A DNA stretch of 64,000 nucleotides. It comes from Candidatus Latescibacterota bacterium. GTDB lineage: Bacteria; Latescibacterota; UBA2968. Of the stretch, positions 10,365 to 19,700 are shown one piece after another; within the stretch, counting starts at the first letter, position 1, and every line of letters starts with the position of its first letter. Location of the stretch: NCBI GenBank assembly GCA_965207885.1, contig OZ242311.1:4544001-4608000 (forward strand), written 5' to 3'. The notes below the pieces were generated by a model that was not told the DNA's origin, ran no database searches, and worked only from the letters and a program-made list of their open reading frames with translations. Made by a program: the position numbers and the translations under genes.

Positions 10365-10670
10365 GTGGTCATGGACGTGAGTATAGAAGGCCTGGACAAA
10401 GAACAAGCTAATTTACGAGGAGAGTTCAATCAATTTGGTAAGCGGTTCGAGCGGTCACAATTAGAACCTGACAATACCCGGCGGGAATTGCTGGATGCAA
10501 TCAACGGGTTGCGGCAAGACAACAAGGGGCTGTCTGACCGTATGGATGCGGGGTTTTTAACGATGCGCCAGGAGTTTGGCACCGTTCATAAATGGATGTG
10601 GTCGTTCTTTGTCGCTGTGATTATAGCGTCGTGTGCTGTGGTCGGTCTGGTGACCAATTTGTTTGGGTAG
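10365..10670 (+). CDS. Small coiled-coil protein with C-terminal TM helix (DUF1640-like)
   Basis: AGGAGG RBS, heptad-rich body, KWMWSFFVAVII TM tail. Confidence 0.6.
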   Translation: MVMDVSIEGLDKEQANLRGEFNQFGKRFERSQLEPDNTRRELLDAINGLRQDNKGLSDRMDAGFLTMRQEFGTVHKWMWSFFVAVIIASCAVVGLVTNLFG

Positions 10671-10797
10671 CAGAAGAAGGCATAAAAATTGTGTGAGGCA
10701 ATTAGCCTCTCACGGCTTATTGGTTTGATATAACCCACAAAAACAAAAGATCGCCCCTTCCGAAGCGACCTCACGTCTTATCACCAATTTTGTTTGA

Positions 10798-11070
10798 TTA
10801 ATTCTGACCACTTAAAAATTTGTGGATTTTCCAACAATCCTCTTCGGTGATATAATCCAATAATAATTCTTTACCTTTGCTCATTCTCATCTGATCAAAC
10901 ATGCTAAAATCCCTTCGTATTTTCAAGACTTCTGTACGGCTGTTGTATTTATACCAGCCAATTACGTATAGCCTATCTATGTACGACTCTAATAAAACTC
11001 TTTTGAATAGATCACCGTTAATTACAGGGTTTGATATTCTGCCTAATTTGTCGCGTTCATAGTTTTTCAT
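10798..11070 (-). CDS. Hypothetical protein (AT-rich)
   Basis: 90-aa ORF with AAGGA RBS; no recognisable motif. Confidence 0.5.
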   Translation of the reverse strand: MKNYERDKLGRISNPVINGDLFKRVLLESYIDRLYVIGWYKYNSRTEVLKIRRDFSMFDQMRMSKGKELLLDYITEEDCWKIHKFLSGQN

Positions 11071-11089
11071 AATTTTTCCTTTGAACGTG

Positions 11090-11121
11090 GTAGGATGGGC
11101 GAAATGGCACTCTGCCCATCC
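11090..11121 (+). repeat. GTAG-type REP palindrome
   Basis: GTAGGATGGGC...GCCCATCC. Confidence 0.55.
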
Positions 11122-11204
11122 ACTAAATTTGTTGCTAAAATATAATAGGTAAATGTGTTGTTATTCGCAAGAGGAAGGCACAAGATTTTCATTCTTCAAA
11201 ACTT

Positions 11205-11650
11205 CTATATAACTTCTACGGTGATACTCGAATCAATAGACCTGATCTGTCTGGCTATATTGTTCAAATCCGATAGCCAAATTTCCCCGTTCTCAAATCT
11301 AACTTTGGAGATATAAGATGCCCCTAAGTAGAAATTTGAATTCTTCCGTGCAAGATTCGCAATCCAAGTTCCTTTGGTTGAATATAGATAGTTTCTACTG
11401 GGGTTGTTGGGGTCGTACATTCTTGTAAAAGTGCTCATATCTGTAACCGCGTAGCCACTTTCTCTGTTCATAAACTCGTTGAAGACGTTGAAGGAGAGTA
11501 GATTTATTTTTACTGCCACTACTTTCTGTGGTGATATATTGAGAAATGCAACTTTGTGATGAATCTCGTCTCTGCTGTAATTTCCTAATATGTGAGCTTC
11601 TTTGCACTCTGCCTCGTATTGAACAATCTTAATAGGAGAGTTGGGCTGAT
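11205..11650 (-). pseudogene. 3' remnant of a hypothetical gene whose 5' end is replaced by IS3
   Basis: AT-rich reading frame abutting the IS3 terminal repeat at 11651; the only listed start codon lies inside the IS. Confidence 0.6.
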
Positions 11651-11655
11651 TGGAG

Positions 11656-12507
11656 TTACCCCGTTTTAGTGGATAGTGTAGAACTTTCAACCCCGTCACC
11701 TTTTGCCATCAGTTTTTCATAGGTGATGGGCGATTGGTACCTGATCGCAGAGTGTCTGCGGTGTGGGTTATACCACCCTTCAATATACTCGAAGATAGAC
11801 AGTTTGGCCTGATTATGATTGGGGAAGCTATGCCGGTCTATCAACTCGCATTCAAGGGTAGCAAAGAAGCTTTCACACAAGGCATTGTCAAAGCAATCGC
11901 CAACCGATCCGACAGAGGGTTTGACCCCCATTCTTGCACAGCGTTGACCAAAGGCATAAGAGGTATATTGAGCGCCTTGATCTGAATGATGGATGACCCC
12001 ATCTGGTCGTCGGTTCCAAAGTGCCATATCCAAGGCATCTAAGACCAGTTGGGTCTTCAGATGCGAGGCCATTGCCCAACCAACTACGCGTCTGGAGAAG
12101 GCGTCGAGAACAACAGAGAGATACAAAAAGCCAGACCAGGTTTTTATGTAGGTAATATCAGCGACCCACAGCTTGTTGGGCTTATCAACCCTAAAGTCTC
12201 GCTTAACCAGATCAGGGGCTTTCTCGTCTGTGATAGACCGGTATGTAGTCAGGATACCTTTTCTTCGGCTCACACCACATATATTGGCTTGTCGCATCAG
12301 TCTTGCGACCCGTTTCTTGCTGATGTGGACACCTACTTCGCGCAGATCCTGAAAGATACGCGGTGCGCCATAGGTTCCATTAGAACGCTGATGAAAGGTG
12401 CTTATTTGTTCTGTTAACTTTTCATCGTCCTTTGCCCGTTTAGATAAAGGTCTATTACACCAGGCATAATACCCACTGGTGGAGACACCCAGCACGCGGC
12501 ATAGCAT
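11656..12507 (-). CDS. IS3 transposase OrfB (DDE integrase core)
   Basis: WVADITY, HHSDQGAQY and DNALCESFF; probably reached by a -1 frameshift at C CCA AAA near the end of orfA. Confidence 0.92.
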   Translation of the reverse strand: MLCRVLGVSTSGYYAWCNRPLSKRAKDDEKLTEQISTFHQRSNGTYGAPRIFQDLREVGVHISKKRVARLMRQANICGVSRRKGILTTYRSITDEKAPDLVKRDFRVDKPNKLWVADITYIKTWSGFLYLSVVLDAFSRRVVGWAMASHLKTQLVLDALDMALWNRRPDGVIHHSDQGAQYTSYAFGQRCARMGVKPSVGSVGDCFDNALCESFFATLECELIDRHSFPNHNQAKLSIFEYIEGWYNPHRRHSAIRYQSPITYEKLMAKGDGVESSTLSTKTG

Positions 12508-12536
12508 GGTGATCGGATGGATGGCCTGATGCGCCT

Positions 12537-12848
12537 TTATGTATCTGAAGATTTTGGGGGTATCGCATCGGTCTCCGCTGCGAACCAGGCCGCGGCTTTT
12601 GCAAGGATCTCACGCTCTTGACGCAAGCGTTTATTTTCTTTGCGAAGCCGCTGAAGTTCTTCTCGCTCACGACTGGTCAACCCATCGTCCCGACGGCCTT
12701 CATCGCGGTCTGCTTGACGCACCCAGGCACTGATCGTCTGAGCGGTCGGCTCAAACTCTTTGGCCAAATCGCTGGCACTACGGCCTGATCTGACCAGCGC
12801 GACCATTTGCTGGCGAAATGCTGATGGATATGATCTTTTTCTTCCCAT
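12537..12848 (-). CDS. IS3 transposase OrfA (HTH)
   Basis: YPSAFRQQMV...LRKENKRLRQEREILAKAAAWF. Confidence 0.9.
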   Translation of the reverse strand: MGRKRSYPSAFRQQMVALVRSGRSASDLAKEFEPTAQTISAWVRQADRDEGRRDDGLTSREREELQRLRKENKRLRQEREILAKAAAWFAAETDAIPPKSSDT

Positions 12849-12903
12849 TGCGGACTCCTTTCTCTGAAAGAGATAAGTTGTCCACTAAAACGGGTCAAGT
12901 CCA

Positions 12904-13580
12904 TCCCTCAACTTGAAAGATTCCTCAATTAGATCGTGGATTGTTTGTTTGAGAATAGGCGGTGGATTGGGAATCGGAATGTGGTTCAGGTGCTCTGGTT
13001 CAATATGTTTAATAACCGCCCCATAGTTGTTGGTATTGATGATAGAACAGCCGATTCTTGATTTCAAAAAAGCGTAAATGAATCCATTATATTCTTTTGG
13101 CTCGATCCTAATTAAATCATGACTGAAGATGAGACTGTCCAAAGTATTCCGCACATAAGTACAATTTCCAATCGTACCGGAGCAAGTTAATAACACGTGT
13201 CCCTTTTTTACTCTCAAACCATCTACATCTGTTTGGGTTAACTCAGAAATATATGCAGATGGTTTGGGACAAAGCTCGTTAACCTGCGCTGGTTGATAAA
13301 TCGGAAATTCTGATTTATCTACATATATTCTTTTAAATCGTGGTCTATGATAAGCGTTAGCAAGCCCTTCTTCACCACACAAATGAACAACATCCCACTT
13401 GCACTGTTCTAAATCCTCCCTCGCTCGTCTGCCGTCGTTACTGTAAACACTCGCCTCTAAGCGGTAGTCTTGTTCAACGACTTCTCGAACACCAACTGCG
13501 GTCCATTTGAGACCTGTGTCAGAACTCTGGGTTTCTTCGCTTTCTACTATTCGTGTAGATGGATAGGGGCTCGCTACCAT
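12904..13580 (-). pseudogene. Restriction specificity (HsdS-like) subunit truncated by IS3
   Basis: RLEASVY, GHVLLTCSGTIG and YGAVIKHIEPEHLNHIPIP. Only one TRD and the start of the spacer helix remain before the IS end. Confidence 0.8.
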
Positions 13581-15673
13581 ACAATACCCTCCTGTTGTTT
13601 CCACTCTCTAAAAACAGGGGGAACGTCAAGGCTCTGGTCGTCAATGATACGGGTTTTGCTTTCGGGTTGATAGGTAACATCTCCCTTTGATGTTCTATCT
13701 ATTTCTAACACATTGGGGTCTTCAGGTACCCAGATTTCATTGCCGTATTTATCCCGTTTGAATAGCGTATTCCCTCGTTTGTCGTGACCGACTTTCTCTA
13801 CCATTGCCATAAAAATATTGTATAGCCTGATTTCTCCTGAGCGCAGTTCTATTTCCATTTCTCTTTGTGTCTTTTTTTGAACAATCAAGACCGATGTTTG
13901 AGTTCCGTTTCTAGGTTGAAAGGTATCGACATGCAAATCCACACTGGCAATAATTCTCGTTTTCTCAATCAACCACTGGCGAATATATCCAAGTCCAGGG
14001 TTGCCTAAAATGGAATCAGGCAACACAATAGCCAACCGTCCACCCGGCTTGAGGAATTGCAAACAACGTTCAATAAATAAGTGCTCTGGTGGTGCCGAAG
14101 ATTGAAAATCCGAAGAAATTGTCCAGCCTGTCTGTCCTCTTGTATCATATTGCTCATTACGCCAAATGTAGCCGATCTCAAATTGTCCAAGAATGTGGCT
14201 GTCCTTAATGGGGATTCTGCTTCCAAAGGGAGGGTTGGTGATAATGACATCAAAGAACTCAATTGTGTTGGGATTTTTGATACTATCCACCTCAATATTC
14301 AACGCTTCTGCCAACGGTTTTTTGAGATCTATTGACCATTCATGGGGCGGTAATAGAGAATCATTACGATAGATATTACCGCTGCCATCATTATTCATTA
14401 CCATATTCATTTTTGTGGCTTTAACCAAGTCAGGGTTGATGTCAAAGCCATAGAAGTTTGATGCTGCAATCTGTTTTATTCTGTCTCTAAAAATACTCTT
14501 TTCGCTATCTGACCATTCATCTTCTGGTTTACCAAAATCCTTTTCAACCTCAATTTTTAATTGTTCAATCACATGGCTCATTGCCATGACCAGAAAGCCG
14601 CCTGTGCCACAGGAAGTATCACAAATCTTTTCGTCAGGTTTTGGGTTAATCATTTCAACGGCCATACGCATGATATTTCTCGGTGTGAAAAATTCCCCTC
14701 TATCTCCTCTTAAATTTGCACCGACTAATTCCTCATACGCCTTACCTTTTACATCAACATGGGTTTCCAACAGACTATAGGATTGAAGTTCTGAAACAAT
14801 CCAGGCAAGCGAGCGGGGTTGCAACCTGATCTTGTCATTTGCTTCAAATATCTGTGGAAACTGCTTTTTAACTTTCTCAAAAATTTTAGAAATTCGATTT
14901 TTGACTGTTAATTGCCCATCTGGATTAGAACGTTCCTTTGATGTTGTGTAAAACTCAAGTGCCTTTCCCAAATTTTGCTCATCGAGTGTTTTGCAGAAGA
15001 TGAGCTTTAACAATTCGAAAAATGCAGGCTGCTTTTGCAGGCCATCCGTCACATAGATGTGATCATGGCAGGTCTTGAAAACCATCAAAAGATTGTCTTC
15101 ATAAGCTCTTTTTAATTTGTTGCGTTTGGGCCGGTCCACATCTTCTAAAGAGCCATCCGCAGGAGGAATATCGTTGTATTCCGGAAAATCGTATCGCCCT
15201 TCTATTTTTACTTTTCTCAATACTTCCCTATACTTGCCGTTTGTCCACATGCCCCACTCGCAATTGGGGCATGCACTCATGTAAGACTTGAGTTGTTCAA
15301 CACCGTCCTTATTATGTTTGGGCTCTATTCTTTCACTCTTGCATTCAACAATCAGCCAAACATGATCTTGGGTAAGCTCAGGACTGTCTTTGGAGAAGAC
15401 GACAATATCCGCACGAGGACGACGGGAGCCCAGTTTCAGGCCAAATTCTATTTTGATTTGTTCCGGCTTATATTTGTGCTCATTGACCAATCTTTTTTCG
15501 ATGGTCTGGCGGACGTATTCTTCCGGCGTATCTCTTCGGAATTTACCGTCAATATAATCACAGATTTTGCCATCTGGCACTTGTATGATTTTTCTTTCAG
15601 ACTTGGTAATCATTTTTTCTATCATGTGTTGACACATCCTATTTATTTGTTGTGATATTTCCTGTAGTTCCAT
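13574..15673 (-). CDS. Fused restriction (HsdR_N-like PD-(D/E)XK) and N6-adenine methyltransferase; Type IIB/IIG-like R-M subunit
   Basis: TPEEYVRQ, RADIVV...IVECK, GEFFTPR, DTSCGTGGFL (motif I) and TNPPFG (motif IV). Confidence 0.88.
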   Translation of the reverse strand: MELQEISQQINRMCQHMIEKMITKSERKIIQVPDGKICDYIDGKFRRDTPEEYVRQTIEKRLVNEHKYKPEQIKIEFGLKLGSRRPRADIVVFSKDSPELTQDHVWLIVECKSERIEPKHNKDGVEQLKSYMSACPNCEWGMWTNGKYREVLRKVKIEGRYDFPEYNDIPPADGSLEDVDRPKRNKLKRAYEDNLLMVFKTCHDHIYVTDGLQKQPAFFELLKLIFCKTLDEQNLGKALEFYTTSKERSNPDGQLTVKNRISKIFEKVKKQFPQIFEANDKIRLQPRSLAWIVSELQSYSLLETHVDVKGKAYEELVGANLRGDRGEFFTPRNIMRMAVEMINPKPDEKICDTSCGTGGFLVMAMSHVIEQLKIEVEKDFGKPEDEWSDSEKSIFRDRIKQIAASNFYGFDINPDLVKATKMNMVMNNDGSGNIYRNDSLLPPHEWSIDLKKPLAEALNIEVDSIKNPNTIEFFDVIITNPPFGSRIPIKDSHILGQFEIGYIWRNEQYDTRGQTGWTISSDFQSSAPPEHLFIERCLQFLKPGGRLAIVLPDSILGNPGLGYIRQWLIEKTRIIASVDLHVDTFQPRNGTQTSVLIVQKKTQREMEIELRSGEIRLYNIFMAMVEKVGHDKRGNTLFKRDKYGNEIWVPEDPNVLEIDRTSKGDVTYQPESKTRIIDDQSLDVPPVFREWKQQEGIVW

Positions 15674-15802
15674 TCGTCTTTTTGGGTATGTATATCCCTA
15701 AGATTTTACCCTCCAGAGAATGTCCGATAGACTCCGTTTAGACGCAAAATAAGAAAACGGTTAGAACTAAACCAGCTAAAAGCTATCTGTGGCGTATATT
15801 TT

Positions 15803-16009
15803 TTAAATTTTTTTACTTGCTTTTCTCTGTTCCATTGCATCGTTGCTTATCTCAGCGACATTTCTATCGGGCCAGAGGTTTTGTTGCCATTCCGTATAAT
15901 CGAATAGCTCTCGCAAGATCAAGCTGATGAATTTTTCAGCTTCAATAATACCCAGAGCATCTACCAGCACACGTAGTCCATGTATTCGTATTTCAGTATC
16001 GGTTCTCAT
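15803..16009 (-). CDS. Small hypothetical protein, putative antitoxin of the type seen beside PIN toxins
   Basis: MRTDTEIRIHGLRVLVDALGIIEAEKFI...FDYTEWQ; family recalled from memory, not searched. Confidence 0.55.
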   Translation of the reverse strand: MRTDTEIRIHGLRVLVDALGIIEAEKFISLILRELFDYTEWQQNLWPDRNVAEISNDAMEQRKASKKI

Positions 16010-16069
16010 GTCTGAGTTTCTCGTTGCCAGACCGCCACGCTTACGCCGTACGTGACGGCTCAAAATCTT

Positions 16070-16122
16070 CTGGATTACTGGCGTTGTGCTTCGCGTGGCG
16101 GCTAAAACCCTGCCGCAATGAC
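16070..16122 (-). repeat. GTCA...ATCCAG palindromic element, copy with a 21-bp internal insert
   Basis: Reverse complement GTCATTGCGGCAGGGTTTTAGCCGC[21 nt]AATCCAG matches the copies at 19055 and 19620. Confidence 0.7.
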
Positions 16123-16187
16123 GGTTACAACTCTATAAATGTATAATCTGCACCAAAGGTTATTAGATAAGAGCAATAGCACTTAAA

Positions 16188-17048
16188 TCAACTATCACCC
16201 AATAACTTCTGTGCGTTTTGATATGTTATTTTGTCGAACGTTTCTTTTGGCAGGTTCAGGCGCTGGAGATAATCCATCAGGCGCGTGTCAAAATAATCCC
16301 GTCCAAATAACAGGCTATCTTGAAAGTCGATCAGGAATTGCCTGCCAAATGCTTCGTCTCTACTGATTGCGGTGAGTCCCGATCCCGCGGAGAGGTCGGC
16401 GTATAGATTGTCGTATTTTTTGAGCATCTGGGGGACTTTGCCGCCCGGCTCAACCGGACCTGTGGGATAGGCTTCTTTGTCAAATTTGCCGTCGCCGGAA
16501 ATGTGTGCCCAGAATCCCGGGGCGTGGCCGATAAAGTTGGTTTCGGGACATGCAATAATCGCCCGTTCAAATGCTTCGATGCTGCCGCCATACCACCAGT
16601 TTGGTCGCGGGTAATCCCCGCGTCCGTGATCGATGGGGTAGTCGAGATGGATTGTGATTGGCAGGCCCATGTCACCACAGGCGTGATACAGTCTGATGGC
16701 ATCCGGATCGTCAAATACGACTCTGACCTTTAATTCGCTGGCAACCCGAATCCCGTGAATTTCTACGGCTGCTTTCAAGCGGTCAATTGCGTCGGGCCGC
16801 TTTGGGTGTGGCATGTATCCCAGTACAAATCGGTCGGGGGCTGTGCGCCCTACCTGTATCACGTCTTCGAGGGGGATGCACACGCCTGTTGGGGGCAATA
16901 CATTGTGATAACTGGGACTGTATTCGTCTTCTGGTGCTTCCCAGGAGAATAGCCATAGCTGGTCGATGTTTTGCTCGTCCATGTTTTTCAATATTTTTTC
17001 GGCGTTGAATCCGTGCCAGTTTGGGTGATTGTGCGCGTCGATTAACAT
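16188..17048 (-). CDS. Amidohydrolase family protein (Amidohydro_2)
   Basis: IDAHNH, ITIH, FIGH, NLYADLS and LLFGRD motifs. Confidence 0.85.
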   Translation of the reverse strand: MLIDAHNHPNWHGFNAEKILKNMDEQNIDQLWLFSWEAPEDEYSPSYHNVLPPTGVCIPLEDVIQVGRTAPDRFVLGYMPHPKRPDAIDRLKAAVEIHGIRVASELKVRVVFDDPDAIRLYHACGDMGLPITIHLDYPIDHGRGDYPRPNWWYGGSIEAFERAIIACPETNFIGHAPGFWAHISGDGKFDKEAYPTGPVEPGGKVPQMLKKYDNLYADLSAGSGLTAISRDEAFGRQFLIDFQDSLLFGRDYFDTRLMDYLQRLNLPKETFDKITYQNAQKLLGDS

Positions 17049-17060
17049 GTGAATCTCCTT

Positions 17061-18134
17061 TCAAACCAGATATGCGCCATCCCGGATGATTTGACGTGTC
17101 CTCCCAGTTGCTGAAATCAACATGAGTGACGCCACTTGTATCGGGCTGTCTTTGGCATAGACGATGTCTTCGTGAACAATATGTGCGGGGGATTTGAATT
17201 GTTCTGGCCCAATTGTGCCGCCGAGATGTTCGCTGCGTCCATAAGCCCAGTGAAAGCCCGCTTTTTCATCTTCTAAGACATTGCCCCAAACAACGGCTTT
17301 GGGGTTACATCCCAGGGCGAGTTCGGCGATGTTGCCGCGTATTGGATCTTCTTCGAAATAGGCTTTGAAGCTCGCGGCCTGTGTTGTTTTTCCCGCGACA
17401 TCTACGATCCGATTGTTTTCGACCCGAAATACGATGACGTCGCCATTATCACTGACGGGTATTTCGCCTTCCGTGCGACTCGGGTCGCCCTTTCTTTCTC
17501 CTTCATAGGGGACCTGGAAACTCTCTCCACTCGGCAAGTTGATGATGGGAAATGCCGAGTTTGCCTTTTCTCGGGGCAGTTGTCCGTCGTCTTTGTGGGC
17601 TTCTCCGTAGCGCAGGTCAACGGTCCATTTGTGGCCGGTTGAAAAAATAACCCGTGCGTATTCTGCTTCGGAGAGGGCGTCCATTAATATCTGGCAGCGG
17701 CGCGCCACTTCGGTATAATCCGCAGAGAGCGCGGTTTCTTCCATGCGGCGCGCAACGCCGGGCAATGATGCGGCGCGAAAATCATTGTGTGAACGCGCCC
17801 ACATAGATAGGGGTGCGGTGGCGGAGAATTGCGTGAGTGCATTTACTATTGTGGCTTGCGTCAGGCCGTCGCGCAAGGGGATGGGTTCGCCTTTGTCGAG
17901 GGGCAAATTGCCATTGTGCGCACCGGTCGCGGGAAAGGTGATGAGCGGCAGGACGTCGAAGCCAATCTGTTCGCCGAACGATACCCAGGCTGCACGCCAT
18001 TCGGCGGCCATTTCTCTGCGCTCGCGCCAGGTCTCGCTATCGCGCAGTTCACCGTGCGGGACGTCGGCAATGACGGCTACTGTTTCGTCGGGTTCGGGAT
18101 GAAATACATCTGTGAATAATTTGTGTAAGTCCAT
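17061..18134 (-). CDS. Aminopeptidase-like metallopeptidase (M29/AmpS-like)
   Basis: NLPSGE, NIAELALGCN, LEDEKAGFHWAYG and HED motifs. Confidence 0.75.
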   Translation of the reverse strand: MDLHKLFTDVFHPEPDETVAVIADVPHGELRDSETWRERREMAAEWRAAWVSFGEQIGFDVLPLITFPATGAHNGNLPLDKGEPIPLRDGLTQATIVNALTQFSATAPLSMWARSHNDFRAASLPGVARRMEETALSADYTEVARRCQILMDALSEAEYARVIFSTGHKWTVDLRYGEAHKDDGQLPREKANSAFPIINLPSGESFQVPYEGERKGDPSRTEGEIPVSDNGDVIVFRVENNRIVDVAGKTTQAASFKAYFEEDPIRGNIAELALGCNPKAVVWGNVLEDEKAGFHWAYGRSEHLGGTIGPEQFKSPAHIVHEDIVYAKDSPIQVASLMLISATGRTRQIIRDGAYLV

Positions 18135-18135
18135 T

Positions 18136-18948
18136 TTACAGGTTGTCCAATACAGCGCGCAGTTGTCGTACGCCTTTTAGCATGAGTTCTGGGGATCCCC
18201 AGTGTTCGATGCTCACATTGCCCGTATAACCGTCTGATAGGACCATTTTGAGCAGGTCTTCGTATTTTATATCGCTGTCGCGAATGGGGTCCAGTTCTTT
18301 GTCGGGGTTGGGTTTGACGTGGAGATGGGTGATTCGTCCTTTGATCTGTTCGTATCCATCTGGGATAGCCTGTTCGCCACATCCGATGCCGTTGTTCACA
18401 TCCCAGCAGAAGCTGAATCCCGATGTGTCTCCCAGGGCGTCGGCAACCATTCTCGCTTCCGCACAGGTGCCAGCAATGGTCGCGCCTTCGTTTTCCAGGG
18501 ATAGGGTGACGCCTTCGCGTTTGGCTGTTTTGGCTATGGGGCCGAGAAATGGCACGATGACGTCGAGATAGTTCTCAACACCGGGTCGATTTGCCCGGTC
18601 TCCTTTTCGTCGATTGGGGTTCCAGAGGGAAAATCCGCGGATGACGGTTGTATCAAATGCTTTTGCGAGTTCGATCATGCGGTCAAATATGCGTTGGTGT
18701 TCGGCTTTTTCTTGGTCGCTGTCGTGGGCGCATTTGCCCACGGGCGAGCCGACGGACATAACGGTTACATTGTATTTTGCCAGTACGTCCTGGACGCGCT
18801 GCAGTTCGTCGTTGTCGATTTCCTGGACGCGTTTGCCCCAGATGCCGCCGCGCAGTTCAATTCCCGTTGCACCCGCTTCTACGCCCAGGCGCACAGATTT
18901 ATCAAAGTCGGCTTTGTCGATTTCATCTGCAAAATAACACAGTTCCAT
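18136..18948 (-). CDS. Sugar phosphate isomerase/epimerase (AP endonuclease 2 TIM barrel)
   Basis: FADEI, LENE, WDVNN, HLHVK and SIEH motifs. Confidence 0.85.
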   Translation of the reverse strand: MELCYFADEIDKADFDKSVRLGVEAGATGIELRGGIWGKRVQEIDNDELQRVQDVLAKYNVTVMSVGSPVGKCAHDSDQEKAEHQRIFDRMIELAKAFDTTVIRGFSLWNPNRRKGDRANRPGVENYLDVIVPFLGPIAKTAKREGVTLSLENEGATIAGTCAEARMVADALGDTSGFSFCWDVNNGIGCGEQAIPDGYEQIKGRITHLHVKPNPDKELDPIRDSDIKYEDLLKMVLSDGYTGNVSIEHWGSPELMLKGVRQLRAVLDNL

Positions 18949-18971
18949 CCCTTCCTCCTGTAAATGGTTAT

Positions 18972-19027
18972 ACGAATCAACGAATCAACGAATCAACGAA
19001 TCAACGAATCAACGAATCAACGAATCA
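18972..19027. repeat. Perfect 8-bp tandem repeat (ACGAATCA) x7
   Basis: Read directly; a related inverted run (TTCGTCTA)x3.5 lies at about 19110-19137. Confidence 0.95.
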
Positions 19028-19054
19028 ATGAAACAGGTAATGTACATGAAAGCC

Positions 19055-19086
19055 GTCATTGCGGCATGGTTTTAGCCGCAATCCAG
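19055..19086 (+). repeat. GTCA...ATCCAG palindromic element
   Basis: GTCATTGCGGCATGGTTTTAGCCGCAATCCAG. Confidence 0.75.
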
Positions 19087-19273
19087 AGGTTTTGGGTGGC
19101 GGGGTAGGGTTCGTCTATTCGTCTATTCGTCTATTCGCGCTTTATACAAGGTCGTATATTTCTTTTTTCTCGTGCTCTTCCCACAATAAATATAATATCT
19201 CCCCTCACAGTCAAAGAAAAACGCGACCCACGCGAGTTTATTTTTCGTTTTTAATTTTCGATTTTTAATTATC

Positions 19274-19603
19274 ATGCGTTTTATGAATGAACAGACGCGA
19301 AAGAAAATTCTGCAATCCACACCGCACCCAAAGGGAATTCGCAAGGTGGATAGAAAACGCCTGATAGCGCAGTTGGCCCGCGCTGAGCCACCGCTCGATT
19401 ACGACCGGTATATTCGCTCTAAATCATGGCAGATTAAGAGGCAGAAGTTTCTCGCCCATTACAATTGCCAGTGCGTTTTGTGCGGGAGCAAAGAGCATTT
19501 GCACGTCCACCATCTGCACTACAAGACGCTGGGGAATGAGGGCGTGGAAGATGTTATCGTTTGCTGCAGGCGTTGTCATTTTATAGAGCATTTTAAGAAG
19601 TGA
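19274..19603 (+). CDS. HNH endonuclease
   Basis: YIRSKSW...CVLCG...LHVHHLHY...CRRCH. Confidence 0.85.
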   Translation: MRFMNEQTRKKILQSTPHPKGIRKVDRKRLIAQLARAEPPLDYDRYIRSKSWQIKRQKFLAHYNCQCVLCGSKEHLHVHHLHYKTLGNEGVEDVIVCCRRCHFIEHFKK

Positions 19604-19619
19604 TCCAGTGGTTTTGTCT

Positions 19620-19682
19620 GTCATCGCGGCATGCTTAAAGCCGCGATCCAGTATTTTGTAGGGGCGGGTCCCGTGCCCGCCC
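19620..19682 (+). repeat. GTCA...ATCCAG palindrome followed by a GTAG-type REP
   Basis: GTCATCGCGGCATGCTTAAAGCCGCGATCCAG (19620-19651) and GTAGGGGCGGGTCCCGTGCCCGCCC (19658-19682). Confidence 0.72.
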
Positions 19683-19700
19683 GCACTTCCGGAGATTTTT

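Larger units (their letters stand above)
11651..12903 (-). mobile_element. IS3-family insertion sequence (1253 bp)
   Basis: Imperfect terminal IRs TGGAGTTACCCCGTTTTAGTGGATA and TGGACTTGACCCGTTTTAGTGGACA, TG...CA ends, orfA plus orfB, no target duplication. Confidence 0.92.

Noticed and set aside
18972-19137. Tandem repeats as a possible CRISPR array
   Set aside because: The units are 8 bp with no spacers, and there are no cas genes.
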